DNA from: an uncultured delta proteobacterium | Lineage (GTDB): Bacteria > Myxococcota_A > Polyangia > Polyangiales > B10-G4 | Reading direction: 5' to 3' | NCBI GenBank assembly: GCA_963727445.1 | Contig: CAVSGI010000006.1 | Span: 704,001 to 768,000 of the forward strand | Length of the DNA stretch: 64,000 bases | Part shown: positions 29,178-39,782 of the stretch, in pieces | How positions within the stretch are numbered: position 1 is the first letter of the stretch | Layout: each line of letters opens with the position of its first letter | Notes under the pieces: generated by a model | The model's input: the letters and a program-made list of their open reading frames with translations, nothing else | The model's database searches: none | What the model was told of the DNA's origin: nothing | Made by a program: the position numbers and the translations under genes

Positions 29178-31571
29178 TCAATTTTCTGGGGCGGCGGCTT
29201 CACAGCGGCTCTCGTGGCGCTGGGCCTCGACGGCCGCGGCCCGAATGGCCCCCGCGGTGGTGGGGCGGGTGGCGCTCCGAATCGCCGCCTGGGCGTCCTC
29301 GCCCCCGATCTCGCCGAGGGCGCGGACCGCCAGGACCGCCGAATCCACATCGGGTGCCCAGGCGTCGGGGCGCATCCCGCGCCGCAGGACGGCGACGATG
29401 GGCTCCACCAGCTCGGGGAGACAGAGCGCGCGGGCGTACTCGAGCGCCGACTCCACCACCTCTGGCCACTCGTCCTCGTCTTCGAGGCGCGCGCGCACCT
29501 CGCTCACGGCGCCCCGGTCGCCCCCAGCGGTCAGCGCCCGCACGGCGCCCGCTCGCACCACCTGCGCCGGGTCCGTGAGCGCAGCCCTCAGGATCGGGCG
29601 CGCCTCGCGGTTGTCGGCGAGCGCTTCGGTCGCCGCGGCGCGCACCATGGGCCAAGGGTCGCGGCGCGCGAGGGTGGCGACCGCGCGCAGGGTCCCCCGC
29701 CGGCCAGCGAGGACGCGGGCGGCGGTCGCGCGAACGCGCGGGTAGGGGTCTTCGAGGGCGCGCGCGGCGGCAGCGTCGAGCGCGTCCGCGCCTCGTTCGT
29801 GAAGCGCCGCCAGCGCTTCGCCGCGGAGCATCCACTCCTCGGAATCCTCGGTGAGCGACGCGAGCCATCGATCCACCCGCGCTTCGCTCGACAGCGCCGC
29901 CGCGGCCTTGACCAGGCGGTAGCGATCTTCGAAGCGCTCGGCGCGCGGCGCAGCGGCGCTCACCAGGGCGCTCGCGAGGGGCGCGGCGCCGGGGACCGTC
30001 GAAAGGGCCAGGGCCACCGACGCCGCTGGACCGGGCGCCGCGTGCGCGCCCCAGGTGCGGAAGCGCTCGCGCACCTCCGCATCGCCGTTGCGATAGGCGC
30101 TGCGGATGGCGCGGCGCAGGGCCGCGCGCTCCGTGCCCCCTTCGGCGTCGATGGCGCGCAGGACGGCGGGCGCCGCCTCGGCGGGCGCGAGATCGGCGAG
30201 CACCACGGCCGCGGCGTCGCCGGCATCGCTCGCCACCTGGGAGAGCTCCGCCAGCGCGGGCCGCGCCGCGTCCCCGGCCGACACCAGCGCGGCCACGGCC
30301 GCCTCGCGCACCTCGGCGTCGTCGTCGGCGGCCGCCGAGACCAGCGCCTCGAGGGCCGGCGGGTGCGCGGAGTGCGCAGCGAGGATGCGGAGCGCGCGAC
30401 GGCGGCCGGTTGGGGTGAGTGTCGGCCATGCGACGAGGATCGCGTCGCGACCGACCTCGCCGGTGCGCGCGAGCAGGTCGGCTGCGCGCGCGCCGCGCGC
30501 GCCGTCGGCGACGATCTCTTCGACGAGGTGTTCGACGCCTCGTCCGAAGTCGAGGCCGGTGTAGGGGATCACGTCGGCGAGGCCGACCGCGCCCGCGGCG
30601 CCGGCGTCGTCGAGGACGATCGAGACGCAGTGCCACTCGAGGGGCTCTTCGGGGACGATCCACAGCGGCACGCCGGCAGGCGCGTCGGCGGGCACCGTGA
30701 CTTTGAAGCGTGGCCCTTCGTCCCCGACGAGCCAGAAATGAGAAGGACGCACGATGGGCGCTTGGGCGAGGACGACGGCGAACGCGTGGATGTCGCCGTC
30801 GCGACCCCGCGCCGTGGCGAACTCCCACCGGCCGGCGCCGCCGCGGCCTTCGGCCCAGTAGGTCGCGGGGTCGCCGTCGCCGAGGCCCACGGGAGGCGAC
30901 AGGAGCGTGGGATCGCTGTCGCCCCCGACGGCGCTCGACGCCTGGGTGAAAGCCAGGCCGCCCAAGAGAGGCGGGCCCTCGGGACCGGGGCTCTCGGTGC
31001 TCAGCGTGACCTCGAGCTCGGGTGCCCCCTCGGGCAGACGCCGGAGCTCCACCGGCCGAAGGGCGCCGCTCGCGGGATCGACGGCGCGCGGGTCGAGGAG
31101 CGTCGACGCCTCGCCGCAGACGCGGGTGGAGTCGAGGTAGAGCCCCACCACCACGTCGGCGACGCCATCGCCCGTGCGGTCTCCGACCTCGATCGCCCCA
31201 CGCCGGCGCTCGCCGATTTCGCCGCGCGGATCGAGGCGATCGGACCAGAGCACGACGGGCGCGCCCCGCGCTTCACTGACGAGGACGGCGGCGGAGCGCT
31301 CCGCGCCCTCGACCCGAACGACGGTGACCGAACGTCCGCCCGCCAAGGTATGCGTCTGCACGTCGCTCTCGGTCGCGTTCGGCACGCTCAGCGTTTCGCT
31401 CACGCTTCGGCCGCCCGCACGTGCACGTACCTCGGTGCCTTCGTCGTCCGTGGTGATCCGAATGCTCACACGTCGGCCGCGTCCGATCCGTCCCAACGCA
31501 TTCGTTGGAAGGTCTTGGGCGAAAGCGGTGTTGGGGGCGAGTGCGAGAGCGATGGCGAGCGCGAGCCGCAT
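29178..31571 (-). CDS. secreted HEAT-repeat protein
   Basis: Signal peptide MRLALAIALALAPNTAFAQ. Repeated D....VR..A..AL units in the C-terminal half. Confidence 0.78.
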   Translation of the reverse strand: MRLALAIALALAPNTAFAQDLPTNALGRIGRGRRVSIRITTDDEGTEVRARAGGRSVSETLSVPNATESDVQTHTLAGGRSVTVVRVEGAERSAAVLVSEARGAPVVLWSDRLDPRGEIGERRRGAIEVGDRTGDGVADVVVGLYLDSTRVCGEASTLLDPRAVDPASGALRPVELRRLPEGAPELEVTLSTESPGPEGPPLLGGLAFTQASSAVGGDSDPTLLSPPVGLGDGDPATYWAEGRGGAGRWEFATARGRDGDIHAFAVVLAQAPIVRPSHFWLVGDEGPRFKVTVPADAPAGVPLWIVPEEPLEWHCVSIVLDDAGAAGAVGLADVIPYTGLDFGRGVEHLVEEIVADGARGARAADLLARTGEVGRDAILVAWPTLTPTGRRRALRILAAHSAHPPALEALVSAAADDDAEVREAAVAALVSAGDAARPALAELSQVASDAGDAAAVVLADLAPAEAAPAVLRAIDAEGGTERAALRRAIRSAYRNGDAEVRERFRTWGAHAAPGPAASVALALSTVPGAAPLASALVSAAAPRAERFEDRYRLVKAAAALSSEARVDRWLASLTEDSEEWMLRGEALAALHERGADALDAAAARALEDPYPRVRATAARVLAGRRGTLRAVATLARRDPWPMVRAAATEALADNREARPILRAALTDPAQVVRAGAVRALTAGGDRGAVSEVRARLEDEDEWPEVVESALEYARALCLPELVEPIVAVLRRGMRPDAWAPDVDSAVLAVRALGEIGGEDAQAAIRSATRPTTAGAIRAAAVEAQRHESRCEAAAPEN

Positions 31572-31686
31572 GTCGGGCGACGGTATCCTCCTCCCCGGTG
31601 TGCAAAAAGCCCTCAGGGACAAACCGCGACATGGATGTCAGGGGTTGGGGCGGATTTGCACGGCCACGAGACTTCGGCTTGACCCT

Positions 31687-31702
31687 TGGCACGAATTGAG
31701 CT
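31687..31702 (+). promoter_or_regulatory. weaker candidate sigma54 promoter
   Basis: TGGCACG-aatt-GAGCT, with GG and GC at correct -24/-12 spacing. Confidence 0.35.
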
Positions 31703-31850
31703 AGGCAGCGCGCCCTTCGCCACTGGCATGGCCACCTGCCTGGCGGCTCTGATAGCCACCGAGCTTTCTCACAGCCGCCGGGTGAACGGGAGGTCTTCGC
31801 CGAGAAACCGAAGGGAAGGTTGGTCGCTGCACCATCGAATGCTGGGAGCC

Positions 31851-31866
31851 TGGAACGCTCGTTGCT
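31851..31866 (+). promoter_or_regulatory. candidate sigma54 promoter upstream of the sigma70-family gene
   Basis: TGGAACG-ctcg-TTGCT has one mismatch to the TGGCACG-N4-TTGCW consensus. Confidence 0.65.
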
Positions 31867-32273
31867 CCATCCTCGAGGCGCCTTCGCCAACCGAATCCCG
31901 GCCTCCAATCGAGGCCTGATCCAGGAGCGATTTCCACGTCATAGGCCGCGAAACGTGAGAAGTCGCTCATCGACCCAGACCGCCCCTGCAAAAGTCACCA
32001 ACCAGCCCCATAGTAGGCCCCATGCAGTCCTCGAAATCCAGCCGTACCCGCGCTCCGAAGCGCAAAATCAACTCTCGCCGATCGGGGACGAAGACGAGCT
32101 CTGGGACCAAAGCTCGCGGCACGGTACGTGCTTCTAATTCACGCACTTCGGCGCGTCGCACCAGCCCCCGTGTGGGGAACGATAAAGAGCGGTCAGCCGT
32201 TGTTCCGACACCGAGCCCCAAGAGCTCGAAGAAGACGACCACGACGAAACGGACCACACGGAGGCGCGTCAGC

Positions 32274-33560
32274 ATGGCAAAGCGCGTAGCGACCGCGAAG
32301 AAGGCCGAGCCGGAAAAGGCTCAGCCCGAGGTCAAGAAGACCACGGCCGACAAGGCCAAGACCGAAAAGAAGACCACCGGCGGCGGAGGTGACTCGACCC
32401 TCTCCCGCTACTTCCGGGAGATGGCGTCTCATCGCGTCCTGACCCCTCAAGAGGAGATCGAGGCGGCCCGCGAGGTCGAGCGTTTGGAGATCGCGTACTG
32501 GGAGACTTTGCTCTCCTATCCCCCCGTCTACGAGACCATCGCCTGCATCCTCGACGTTCACGTACCGGAGGACGAGCCGATCGCCGAGCTCGCCACGCTC
32601 CGCAAGCTCGCCAAGAACGTCAAGCGCGGCAAGCTCTCGAAGCGCTCCCAGACCAAGTGGGACAAGACCGTCGTCACGGCCTCGGAGAAGCTTCGCGCCG
32701 CGGACAGCGATCGCATCTTCGTCCAGGAGTCCGACCGCGCCGTCCATCGCCTCGCCGGCCGTTATGCCGAAGAGCGCGACATCGTGGGCGACGAGGTGCG
32801 CGTCACCCAGGCCTTCCGCGGCTACCTCACCAAGGTCCGTCGGGCTCGCCACGCGCAGCTGGGCGCGAAGAACCGCTTCGTCGCGGCGAACCTGCGCCTC
32901 GTGGTCTCGATCGCGCGTCGCTACAATCGCGGTCGGCTTCCCCTCATCGACCTGATTCAGGAAGGCAACATCGGCCTGATGAAGGCGGTCGAGCGCTTCG
33001 ATCACAACCGCGGCTACCGCTTCAGCACCTACGCCTCGTGGTGGATCCGTCACGCGATCAGCCGCGCCCTCGCCGACAAGGGCCGCGCCGTTCGCATCCC
33101 GGTCCACATGCTCGACACCTACAACCGCGTCGCGCGCGCCACCCAGGCGATCGCGACCCGCACCGGCAAGCAGCCGACGCCGGAGGAGCTCGAGCAGGAG
33201 ACGGGCATCGCCGCCGAGAAGCTCGAGAAGATCAAGGGCTACTGGGCCGAGACGCCGTTCTCTCTCGACCGTCCCGTCAACGACGAGGACGGCCGGAAGT
33301 TCATCGACTTCCTCGAAGAGGAGAACACCCCGAGCCCCTACGAGACGCTGGCCAACCAGCGCTGGGGTGAAGAGGTTCGCCGTCTGCTCGACACGCTCAC
33401 GCCGATGGAGGCCCGCATCCTGCGCTGGCGCTTCGGCCTCGACGACGAGGACGAGCTCACGCTCAAGGAGATCGGCGACAAGTACAACCTCTCCCGCGAG
33501 CGCATCCGTCAGCTCCAGGAGCAGGCGCTGGCGAAGATCCGGCGGCAGATCAAGGAGTGA
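32274..33560 (+). CDS. RpoD/SigA-family (group 2-like) sigma factor lacking region 1.1
   Basis: Region 1.2 [14 protein letters not shown], region 2 [41 protein letters not shown] and region 4 TLKEIG..SRERIRQ. GGAGG RBS before ATG 32274; the frame is open from 32022. Confidence 0.93.
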   Translation: MAKRVATAKKAEPEKAQPEVKKTTADKAKTEKKTTGGGGDSTLSRYFREMASHRVLTPQEEIEAAREVERLEIAYWETLLSYPPVYETIACILDVHVPEDEPIAELATLRKLAKNVKRGKLSKRSQTKWDKTVVTASEKLRAADSDRIFVQESDRAVHRLAGRYAEERDIVGDEVRVTQAFRGYLTKVRRARHAQLGAKNRFVAANLRLVVSIARRYNRGRLPLIDLIQEGNIGLMKAVERFDHNRGYRFSTYASWWIRHAISRALADKGRAVRIPVHMLDTYNRVARATQAIATRTGKQPTPEELEQETGIAAEKLEKIKGYWAETPFSLDRPVNDEDGRKFIDFLEEENTPSPYETLANQRWGEEVRRLLDTLTPMEARILRWRFGLDDEDELTLKEIGDKYNLSRERIRQLQEQALAKIRRQIKE

Positions 33561-33585
33561 GCTCTCGAGCCGCTGACGTACGAAG

Positions 33586-33621
33586 GAAGGCCGGCCCCGA
33601 GGGGTCGGCCTTCGGCGTTTT
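33586..33621 (+). terminator. intrinsic terminator between convergent sigma and dacB genes
   Basis: GAAGGCCGGCCCC / GGGGTCGGCCTTC stem followed by GGCGTTTT. Confidence 0.7.
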
Positions 33622-33639
33622 GACTGGATCGCGAGCCGG

Positions 33640-35112
33640 TCAGCGGTACAGGTCGTCGGCGAGGGCGCGCACCAGGTCGTCGGCCATGTTTCGCGCCAGA
33701 CCCTGGCGACCGCGGATGCCGTTGGCGAGGACGCTGAAGGCGTAGACCTTGCTGGGATCGGGGCCGAGGACGAAGCCCGAAAGGGCGATCACGTCGTTGA
33801 GGGTGCCGGTCTTGGCCCGGACGATGCCCGGCACGGGCAGGTTCGTCAGGCGCCGCGACAGCGTTCCGTCGCGGCCGCCGACCGAGAGTTGGGCCAGGAA
33901 CTCGGAGCGGATGTTGGGTGTTTGGTAGACGTGACTGAGGAGCGCCGTCACGTGCGAAGCCGCGATCTGATTGCCGTCGAAGAGACCCGAGCCGTTCACG
34001 ATGGTGGCGCGGCCCTCGGGGACGCCGGCGTCTCGCAGCACTTCTTGCAGGACCTCGGCCCCGCGCGCCGTGGTGCCGGGACGGGCGCGCTCGGCGCCGA
34101 GAACCTTGATGACCATCTCGGCGGTGTAGTTGTCGCTCACCTTGCCCATGGCGTGGATGACCTCGGAGAGCGGCGGCGAGGTGCGCGAGGTGATGAGCGG
34201 CGTTCCGGCGGGCGTCTCGCCGATGCGCACCCGGCCCGACGCTTCGATGCCCGCGCGCTCGAGGGCGGCCACCATGCAATGGCCAGCGTAGCTGATCGGG
34301 TTTTCGACGCGGCGCCGATAACCGACGCCGAGGATGCCAGTGGGGATGGTGCCGCTCAGCCGCAGCGTCATCTGAGGCCCGTCTCCCCGCTGGTCGGCGA
34401 TGACGTTGGGGGCGCCCCCTTCGCTCGTGGTGATCTGGTTGTCGACGTCGAAGTAGCCGTCGCAACCGAGTCGCACGCGGGCCGGCGCGCCGACGCTTGC
34501 GCCGGGGATCACCCGCAGGACGTAGGAGCTTCGCTCGACCGACGCGGCGGCGATGGCGGCGCGGAAGGAGGCGACCTCGTTCGGCTGCTGCTCGAAAGCG
34601 GGGGGCAGCAGCTGATCGTCGAAGTAGGTGCCGTCGACGATCACCGTCCCGACGCGCGTCACGCCGCGATCCTCGAGGGCCTCGGCCAGCTCCACCAGGT
34701 CGCTCATGCGGAGCGTCGGATCGCCGAAGCCGCGAAGCACCAGATCCTGCACCCGGTTTCCTTCGACGCGGCCATAGAGGCCGGTGAGCATCGTGAAGTC
34801 GGGGCCGAGCGTGAGCAGCGCTCCGGCGGCGGTCACGATCTTCATGTTCGAAGCGGGGTTGAGCGGCAGGTCCTTGTGCGAGGCGAAGACCTCTCGACCG
34901 CTCATGGCGTCGACCACGTGGATGCCGATCCGGTCGCCGAGCCCCGCCTCGTCCACGATGCCGCGCAGGCGCGAGGGCAGGGGGGCGGTCTCCTGCGCCG
35001 CGCTCGGCGCGTAGGTGGTCGCGACCGCGGTCAGCGCGAAGGAGAGGGCGACGGCGACCGCGCTCAGGCGGCTCGGTCTCGGGCCCGTCCCAGACTCTTT
35101 TGGGGCACGCAT
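33640..35112 (-). CDS. dacB: D-Ala-D-Ala carboxypeptidase/endopeptidase (PBP4, peptidase S13)
   Basis: PASNMK (SxxK), SDN and KTGTL motifs, GFGDPTL, signal peptide. The true start is near 35112, not 36579. Confidence 0.92.
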   Translation of the reverse strand: MRAPKESGTGPRPSRLSAVAVALSFALTAVATTYAPSAAQETAPLPSRLRGIVDEAGLGDRIGIHVVDAMSGREVFASHKDLPLNPASNMKIVTAAGALLTLGPDFTMLTGLYGRVEGNRVQDLVLRGFGDPTLRMSDLVELAEALEDRGVTRVGTVIVDGTYFDDQLLPPAFEQQPNEVASFRAAIAAASVERSSYVLRVIPGASVGAPARVRLGCDGYFDVDNQITTSEGGAPNVIADQRGDGPQMTLRLSGTIPTGILGVGYRRRVENPISYAGHCMVAALERAGIEASGRVRIGETPAGTPLITSRTSPPLSEVIHAMGKVSDNYTAEMVIKVLGAERARPGTTARGAEVLQEVLRDAGVPEGRATIVNGSGLFDGNQIAASHVTALLSHVYQTPNIRSEFLAQLSVGGRDGTLSRRLTNLPVPGIVRAKTGTLNDVIALSGFVLGPDPSKVYAFSVLANGIRGRQGLARNMADDLVRALADDLYR

Positions 35113-35145
35113 GCGGCGGAAGCTATCACGCGAGCGCCAGCGATT

Positions 35146-36663
35146 TTGTTCCTCGCCGTCGTGGCGCTCCTCGGGGCGTGCGGGGGCGAGCGGAGCGACG
35201 CCGACGAGGCGGACGTGCTCAAGGTGGTCTTGCCGCGCGACGCCGAGCAGCTCGATCCGCGTTTCGTCGGGGATCCCTACGGGCTCAAGGTCACGCGGTT
35301 GATCTTCGCCTCCCTGGTGACCATCGATCCGCGCACACTCGAGGTGGTCCCGGACCTGGCCGAGCGCGTCGAGGTGGAGAGCGATCTCCGCTACCGCGTG
35401 GAGCTCCGGCACGGTCTGCACTTCTCCGACGGCTCGACCCTCGACGCCGACGACGTGATCGCCACGTTTCGAAGCGTGGTCGATCCGGAGCTGGGCAGTC
35501 GCTACGCCAGCACCTACCGCCGCATCGAGCGCATCGATCGCGTCGACGCGCACACCGTGGTCTTCCACCTGGACGCGCCTCACGCGACCTTCGTCACCGA
35601 CCTCGAGCTGCCGGTGATGCGCGAGGAGGACGCGCACCGTCAGGTGGGTGGGGAGGGCGTCACGCCGGTGGGCGCCGGCCCCTACATACTCGCCGACCGT
35701 CGCCCGGGGCACATCGAGCTTCGCGCCAATCCCTACTGGCACGGGGGAGAGCCGACGTTCCCACGTGTCCACATGCTCGTGGTTCGCGACGACAACACTC
35801 GCGCGCTGCGCCTGCTCGCTGGCGCCGGCGACCTGGCGGTCAACGCCATCCCGCCGCTTCTGGTGCCGCTCTTCGAAGACGATCCCCGATTCGAGATCCG
35901 CACCGCACCGGGCGTGGGCACGAGCTACGTCGGCTTCAACACCAGCGTCGCGCCCTTCGACGACGTGCGCGTCCGTCGCGCCGTCGCGCACGCGATCGAT
36001 CGTGAGACGCTGGTGGAGACGAAGCTCGGCGGCCGCGCGCTCCTCGCACGCGGCTGGATCCCTCCCGGTCACTGGGCCTACGCGGAGGACGTCCCCACCT
36101 ACGCATACGATCCCGAACGCGCACGCGCGCTGCTCGACGAAGCGGGCTATCCCGATCCCGACGGGCCCGGGGGCGAGCCACGCATGCGCGTCGCTTTTCG
36201 TACCAGCTCCGACCGCTTCCGCCTGTCGGTCACGCGTGCCATCGCTGCGATGCTCCGCGAGGTGGGGATCGAAGCCGAGGTCCGGCCGAGCGAGACCGCG
36301 ACCATGATCGCCGATCTGGGCCGCGGGCGCTTCCAGATGACCTTTCTTCAGGTGCCGGAGGTCTTCGAGCCGCACGTGCTGAGCTGGTTCTTCTCGTCGG
36401 AGCGCATCCCCATCCCCGGCCAGCGCGAAGGGGCGAACCGATGGCGACTCGCGAGCGATGCGCTCGACGAAGCGCTCGAGCGCGGTCGCCGCAACGCCGC
36501 GCGCGAGGTGCGCATCGAGGCCTACCACGACGCGCAGCGCATCCTCGCCACCGAGCTTCCGGTGGCGCCGCTCTGGCACGAGGACGTGGTCGCCATCGTC
36601 GGCGACAAGGCCCGCGCCTACGACGTCCCCAGGGACGGGCGCCTGGGAACGTTGGCCCGATAG
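35146..36663 (+). CDS. ABC peptide/nickel substrate-binding lipoprotein (family 5)
   Basis: LLGAC lipobox, PDLAE, FSDG..LDADDV, GAGPY and VRRAVAHAIDR. Start is uncertain. Confidence 0.88.
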   Translation: MFLAVVALLGACGGERSDADEADVLKVVLPRDAEQLDPRFVGDPYGLKVTRLIFASLVTIDPRTLEVVPDLAERVEVESDLRYRVELRHGLHFSDGSTLDADDVIATFRSVVDPELGSRYASTYRRIERIDRVDAHTVVFHLDAPHATFVTDLELPVMREEDAHRQVGGEGVTPVGAGPYILADRRPGHIELRANPYWHGGEPTFPRVHMLVVRDDNTRALRLLAGAGDLAVNAIPPLLVPLFEDDPRFEIRTAPGVGTSYVGFNTSVAPFDDVRVRRAVAHAIDRETLVETKLGGRALLARGWIPPGHWAYAEDVPTYAYDPERARALLDEAGYPDPDGPGGEPRMRVAFRTSSDRFRLSVTRAIAAMLREVGIEAEVRPSETATMIADLGRGRFQMTFLQVPEVFEPHVLSWFFSSERIPIPGQREGANRWRLASDALDEALERGRRNAAREVRIEAYHDAQRILATELPVAPLWHEDVVAIVGDKARAYDVPRDGRLGTLAR

Positions 36664-36674
36664 CAGCGTTTTCC

Positions 36675-36728
36675 GGGGGTTTACGCCCGGCGAGGGGGGT
36701 TTACGGGAGGGGAAGCGGGCTCCATACT
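36675..36728 (+). promoter_or_regulatory. sigma70-type sod promoter with upstream direct repeat
   Basis: TTTACG(36700-05)-N17-CATACT(36723-28). GGGGGTTTACG is repeated at 36675 and 36695. Confidence 0.5.
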
Positions 36729-36777
36729 CGGCGCCCCACTGACCCGGAGGCAGTGCCCCGGAGGAGAACCATAGGCG

Positions 36778-37353
36778 ATGGCATTCGAACTACCTGCGCT
36801 TCCCTACGAGAAGAACGCGCTCGCGCCGCACATCTCGGCCGAGACCCTCGAGTACCACTACGGCAAGCATCACGCCGGCTACGTGAAGAAGCTCAACGCC
36901 GCGGCGGAATCCGATTCGTCGATCGCCGGCAAGAGCCTCGAGGATCTGGTCCGCACCGCTGAGGGCGGCGTCTTCAACAACGCAGCGCAGATCTGGAACC
37001 ACACCCTCTACTGGAACAGCATGAATCCGGGTGGGGGCGGTGAGCCCAGCGGCAAGATCGCCGATGCGATCAAGGCGTCCTTCGGCTCCTTCTCGGACTT
37101 CAAGGAGCAGTTCAGCAAGGCGGCGGCCGGCCACTTCGGCTCGGGCTGGGCTTTCCTCGTCAAGGACGGCGATCGCCTCGCGATCGTCGACGCCCACGAC
37201 GCCGGCAACCCGCTCCGCAACGGCAAGACTCCCATCCTGACCTGCGACGTCTGGGAGCACGCCTACTACATCGACTACCGCAACGACCGGGGCAAGTACA
37301 TCGAGGCCTGGTGGAACCTGGTCAACTGGTCCCACGCCAACGAGCAGCTCTAG
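36778..37353 (+). CDS. sodB: Fe superoxide dismutase
   Basis: HYGKHH, Fe-type NNAAQIWNH and DVWEHAYY. Confidence 0.95.
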   Translation: MAFELPALPYEKNALAPHISAETLEYHYGKHHAGYVKKLNAAAESDSSIAGKSLEDLVRTAEGGVFNNAAQIWNHTLYWNSMNPGGGGEPSGKIADAIKASFGSFSDFKEQFSKAAAGHFGSGWAFLVKDGDRLAIVDAHDAGNPLRNGKTPILTCDVWEHAYYIDYRNDRGKYIEAWWNLVNWSHANEQL

Positions 37354-37431
37354 TTCGGGGCGCGGCCGCCGGCCGGCCCTCCGCCTCGAGACGGGAGGTC
37401 GGCCGGCCATGCATGACCACGGGGACGTGAC

Positions 37432-38739
37432 GTGATTCTGCGGGATCCCGTCCACGGTCTGGTGTCGTTCGAGGGCGACGCCGAGCGCGTGGTGATGGCC
37501 CTCCTCTCCACCCGCGAGGTTCAGCGCCTGAGGCGGGTGCGACAGCTGGGCCTCACCTCCCTCGTGTTTCCGGGCGCGGAGCATTCCCGCTTCGCCCACG
37601 CCCTCGGCGCGGCCCACGTGATGGTGCGCCTGCTCTCGCGCATCGCGCCGCGCGCCCGCGAGCTCCCCCCGGAGGCGCGCCTCACCGAGCGACATGCCCG
37701 GGAGGCCATCGCGGCGGCGGTGCTGCACGACCTGGGTCACGGGCCCTTTTCGCATCTCTTCGAAGAGGTGCTGCCCGACGCGCGCCATCACGAGGAATGG
37801 ACGCGGGACGCGATCAGGGATCCCGGCACCGAGGTGCATCAGGCCCTCGAGGGGCTCGAGTCCGGGATGGCCGAGCGCGTCGCCGATCTCCTCGCTGGCC
37901 GCTACCAGCTCGGCTATCTCGCGCGCGCCGTCAGCGGCGTCATCGACGTCGACCGCTGCGACTACCTGCTTCGCGACAGCCACATGACGGGCGCGCGCTA
38001 CGGGCTCTACGACCTCGATTGGCTCCTCCGGGCGCTCTCCTTCGACCAGGCGCCGAGCGGTGATTGGGTGCTCGCGGTGGAGGGGCGAAAAGGGCTGCCG
38101 CCGATCGAGGGATACTTCCTCGGGCGCAACTTCATGTACCGGCAGGTCTATCATCACAAAGCGACGCGCGCGGCCGAGTGCCTGATCCGCGCCATCTTCG
38201 TCCGCGTCGCGGAGCTCATCGCCGACGGTGACGCGCCGGCCGCCGTGCCCGAGGCGCTCTCCCTCGCGGTGCGTGGCGGCGACGTCGCCCTGGGCGCCTT
38301 CCTCGAGCTGGATGACGCGCGAATGCACACCTGCTTCGCCGAGTGGGCGCGCGCCGAAGATCCGGTGCTCGCGACGCTCTCCGACGCGGTGATGACCCGC
38401 AAGCTCCCGAAGACGGTGCCGCTGCCCCCCGGCGACGAGGCGGCGCCCGCGCGGAAGGAAGCCTTCGAGCGTGCCTCGGAGATCGCCGAAAAGCACGGCA
38501 TGCGGCCAGAGCTCACGGTCTTCGCCGACGAGACGAGCGACACGCCCTATGCGGAGCCCGACGACGACTCCCCCGGTGGGGTGTGGGTCAGCATTCGTCA
38601 CGCGCCGATCCGGCGATTGGGAGACGTCTCCTTCCTCCTCGGCAACCTCAAGAACAAGCGAATCGACCTGCCGCGTCTGGTCTTTCCCGAGACCATCCGC
38701 GAGGAGGTCATCACCGCGATCGAAGGAGTGATCGGATGA
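37432..38739 (+). CDS. HD-domain phosphohydrolase (dNTPase/YwfO-like)
   Basis: RDPVHG, QRLRRVRQLG, HSRFAH, LHDLGHGPFSH and DVDRCDYL. Confidence 0.9.
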   Translation: MILRDPVHGLVSFEGDAERVVMALLSTREVQRLRRVRQLGLTSLVFPGAEHSRFAHALGAAHVMVRLLSRIAPRARELPPEARLTERHAREAIAAAVLHDLGHGPFSHLFEEVLPDARHHEEWTRDAIRDPGTEVHQALEGLESGMAERVADLLAGRYQLGYLARAVSGVIDVDRCDYLLRDSHMTGARYGLYDLDWLLRALSFDQAPSGDWVLAVEGRKGLPPIEGYFLGRNFMYRQVYHHKATRAAECLIRAIFVRVAELIADGDAPAAVPEALSLAVRGGDVALGAFLELDDARMHTCFAEWARAEDPVLATLSDAVMTRKLPKTVPLPPGDEAAPARKEAFERASEIAEKHGMRPELTVFADETSDTPYAEPDDDSPGGVWVSIRHAPIRRLGDVSFLLGNLKNKRIDLPRLVFPETIREEVITAIEGVIG

Positions 38740-39782
38740 GGAGAGCCCCAGTACTGGCTGCGTTGGCGTTGGCGACGACCTTCGCGTGGCCGACCGCATT
38801 GCACGCACAGCGGCGACGCGCGGCCGACGCCTCTCCACCCGGCGTCGAGGTGACGCTCACCCCGGAGCCGTCGGCGGATTCTCCATTTCGCTACATCTTC
38901 ACGCTCCGTCCGACCACGTGGAACGCGGCGGAGGTCGTCGCCGACCGGCGGCTGCTGAGCTTCACGGTGCATCCGGAGGGGCAGCGGCGGCGGCGTTACA
39001 CCTGCCGCCACCCCGACGCGCCACGCCGCGCGCCCGAAGGCAGGATCGTCACCCTCGGTCGGGCAGCCGAGGAGACCGAGCATCGTGAGTGGATCGATCT
39101 GCGGATGTACTGCTGGGGCAGGGCGCTGCGGGCGCTCGAGTCCGGCGCGCGCGTCGAGGTGAGCTACGGCTTTCGACGCCGGGGTCGCGGGCGCTGGGTG
39201 GCGCGCGAAGCGGCCGCGGATCCGCGCTCCGCCGTGCGACAGCTACAGGCCGCGGACCTCATGTTCACGCCGGTACAGCAGGCGAGCGAAGAGTCGGGCG
39301 AAGAGTCGGGCGAGGAGCCCGTCATTCGCGTGAGCATGGCTCCCTCCGACGTGCGGAGCGGCGCAGGGCTCGTCTTCCACCCGCGCATCCGGGCGACACG
39401 GCCGGTTCAGGTCTACGTTCGCGACGACCTCTTCCGCTATCACATCAAAGGCCCCCTGGGCGAGACCGAGTGCGCCATGCACCGGACCCCCATCGCGCCG
39501 GTCCTCGACTTCTATCGCCGACTGGGTGGCCGGCGTTCGGCCACCGGCGCTCTGGCCATCAGCCTCGCTTGCCGTGACGATTTTCAAGTCGCCGGCATCT
39601 ACGAGGTCACCCCCATCGTCGATCTCGTCTATGACGCCGACCGGTGGGAGATCGACGACGTGGTCACGGGCACCTTCGAAGGCGATCCGGTTGTCGTGCG
39701 CGTGCGCAGAGGCGATCGCGGCTACGTGTTGCAGGTGCCCGGCACCACCCTCGAGGCCGAGGACTCGGGAGGCGACACGTGA
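38736..39782 (+). CDS. secreted hypothetical protein
   Basis: ATGA-coupled start, signal peptide MRRAPVLAALALA..LHAQ and two beta-rich Cys-containing halves. Confidence 0.7.
   Translation: MRRAPVLAALALATTFAWPTALHAQRRRAADASPPGVEVTLTPEPSADSPFRYIFTLRPTTWNAAEVVADRRLLSFTVHPEGQRRRRYTCRHPDAPRRAPEGRIVTLGRAAEETEHREWIDLRMYCWGRALRALESGARVEVSYGFRRRGRGRWVAREAAADPRSAVRQLQAADLMFTPVQQASEESGEESGEEPVIRVSMAPSDVRSGAGLVFHPRIRATRPVQVYVRDDLFRYHIKGPLGETECAMHRTPIAPVLDFYRRLGGRRSATGALAISLACRDDFQVAGIYEVTPIVDLVYDADRWEIDDVVTGTFEGDPVVVRVRRGDRGYVLQVPGTTLEAEDSGGDT

Noticed and set aside
29135..29179. 11-bp inverted repeat as a mobile element or strong terminator
   Set aside because: Short GC-rich stem with a long loop and no U-tract. 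At most a weak terminator for the HEAT gene.
33640..36663. 979-aa and 924-aa mutually overlapping ORFs as fusion proteins
   Set aside because: Each is a real gene (dacB or the SBP) extended by the antisense shadow of the other. True starts are near 35112 and 35146.
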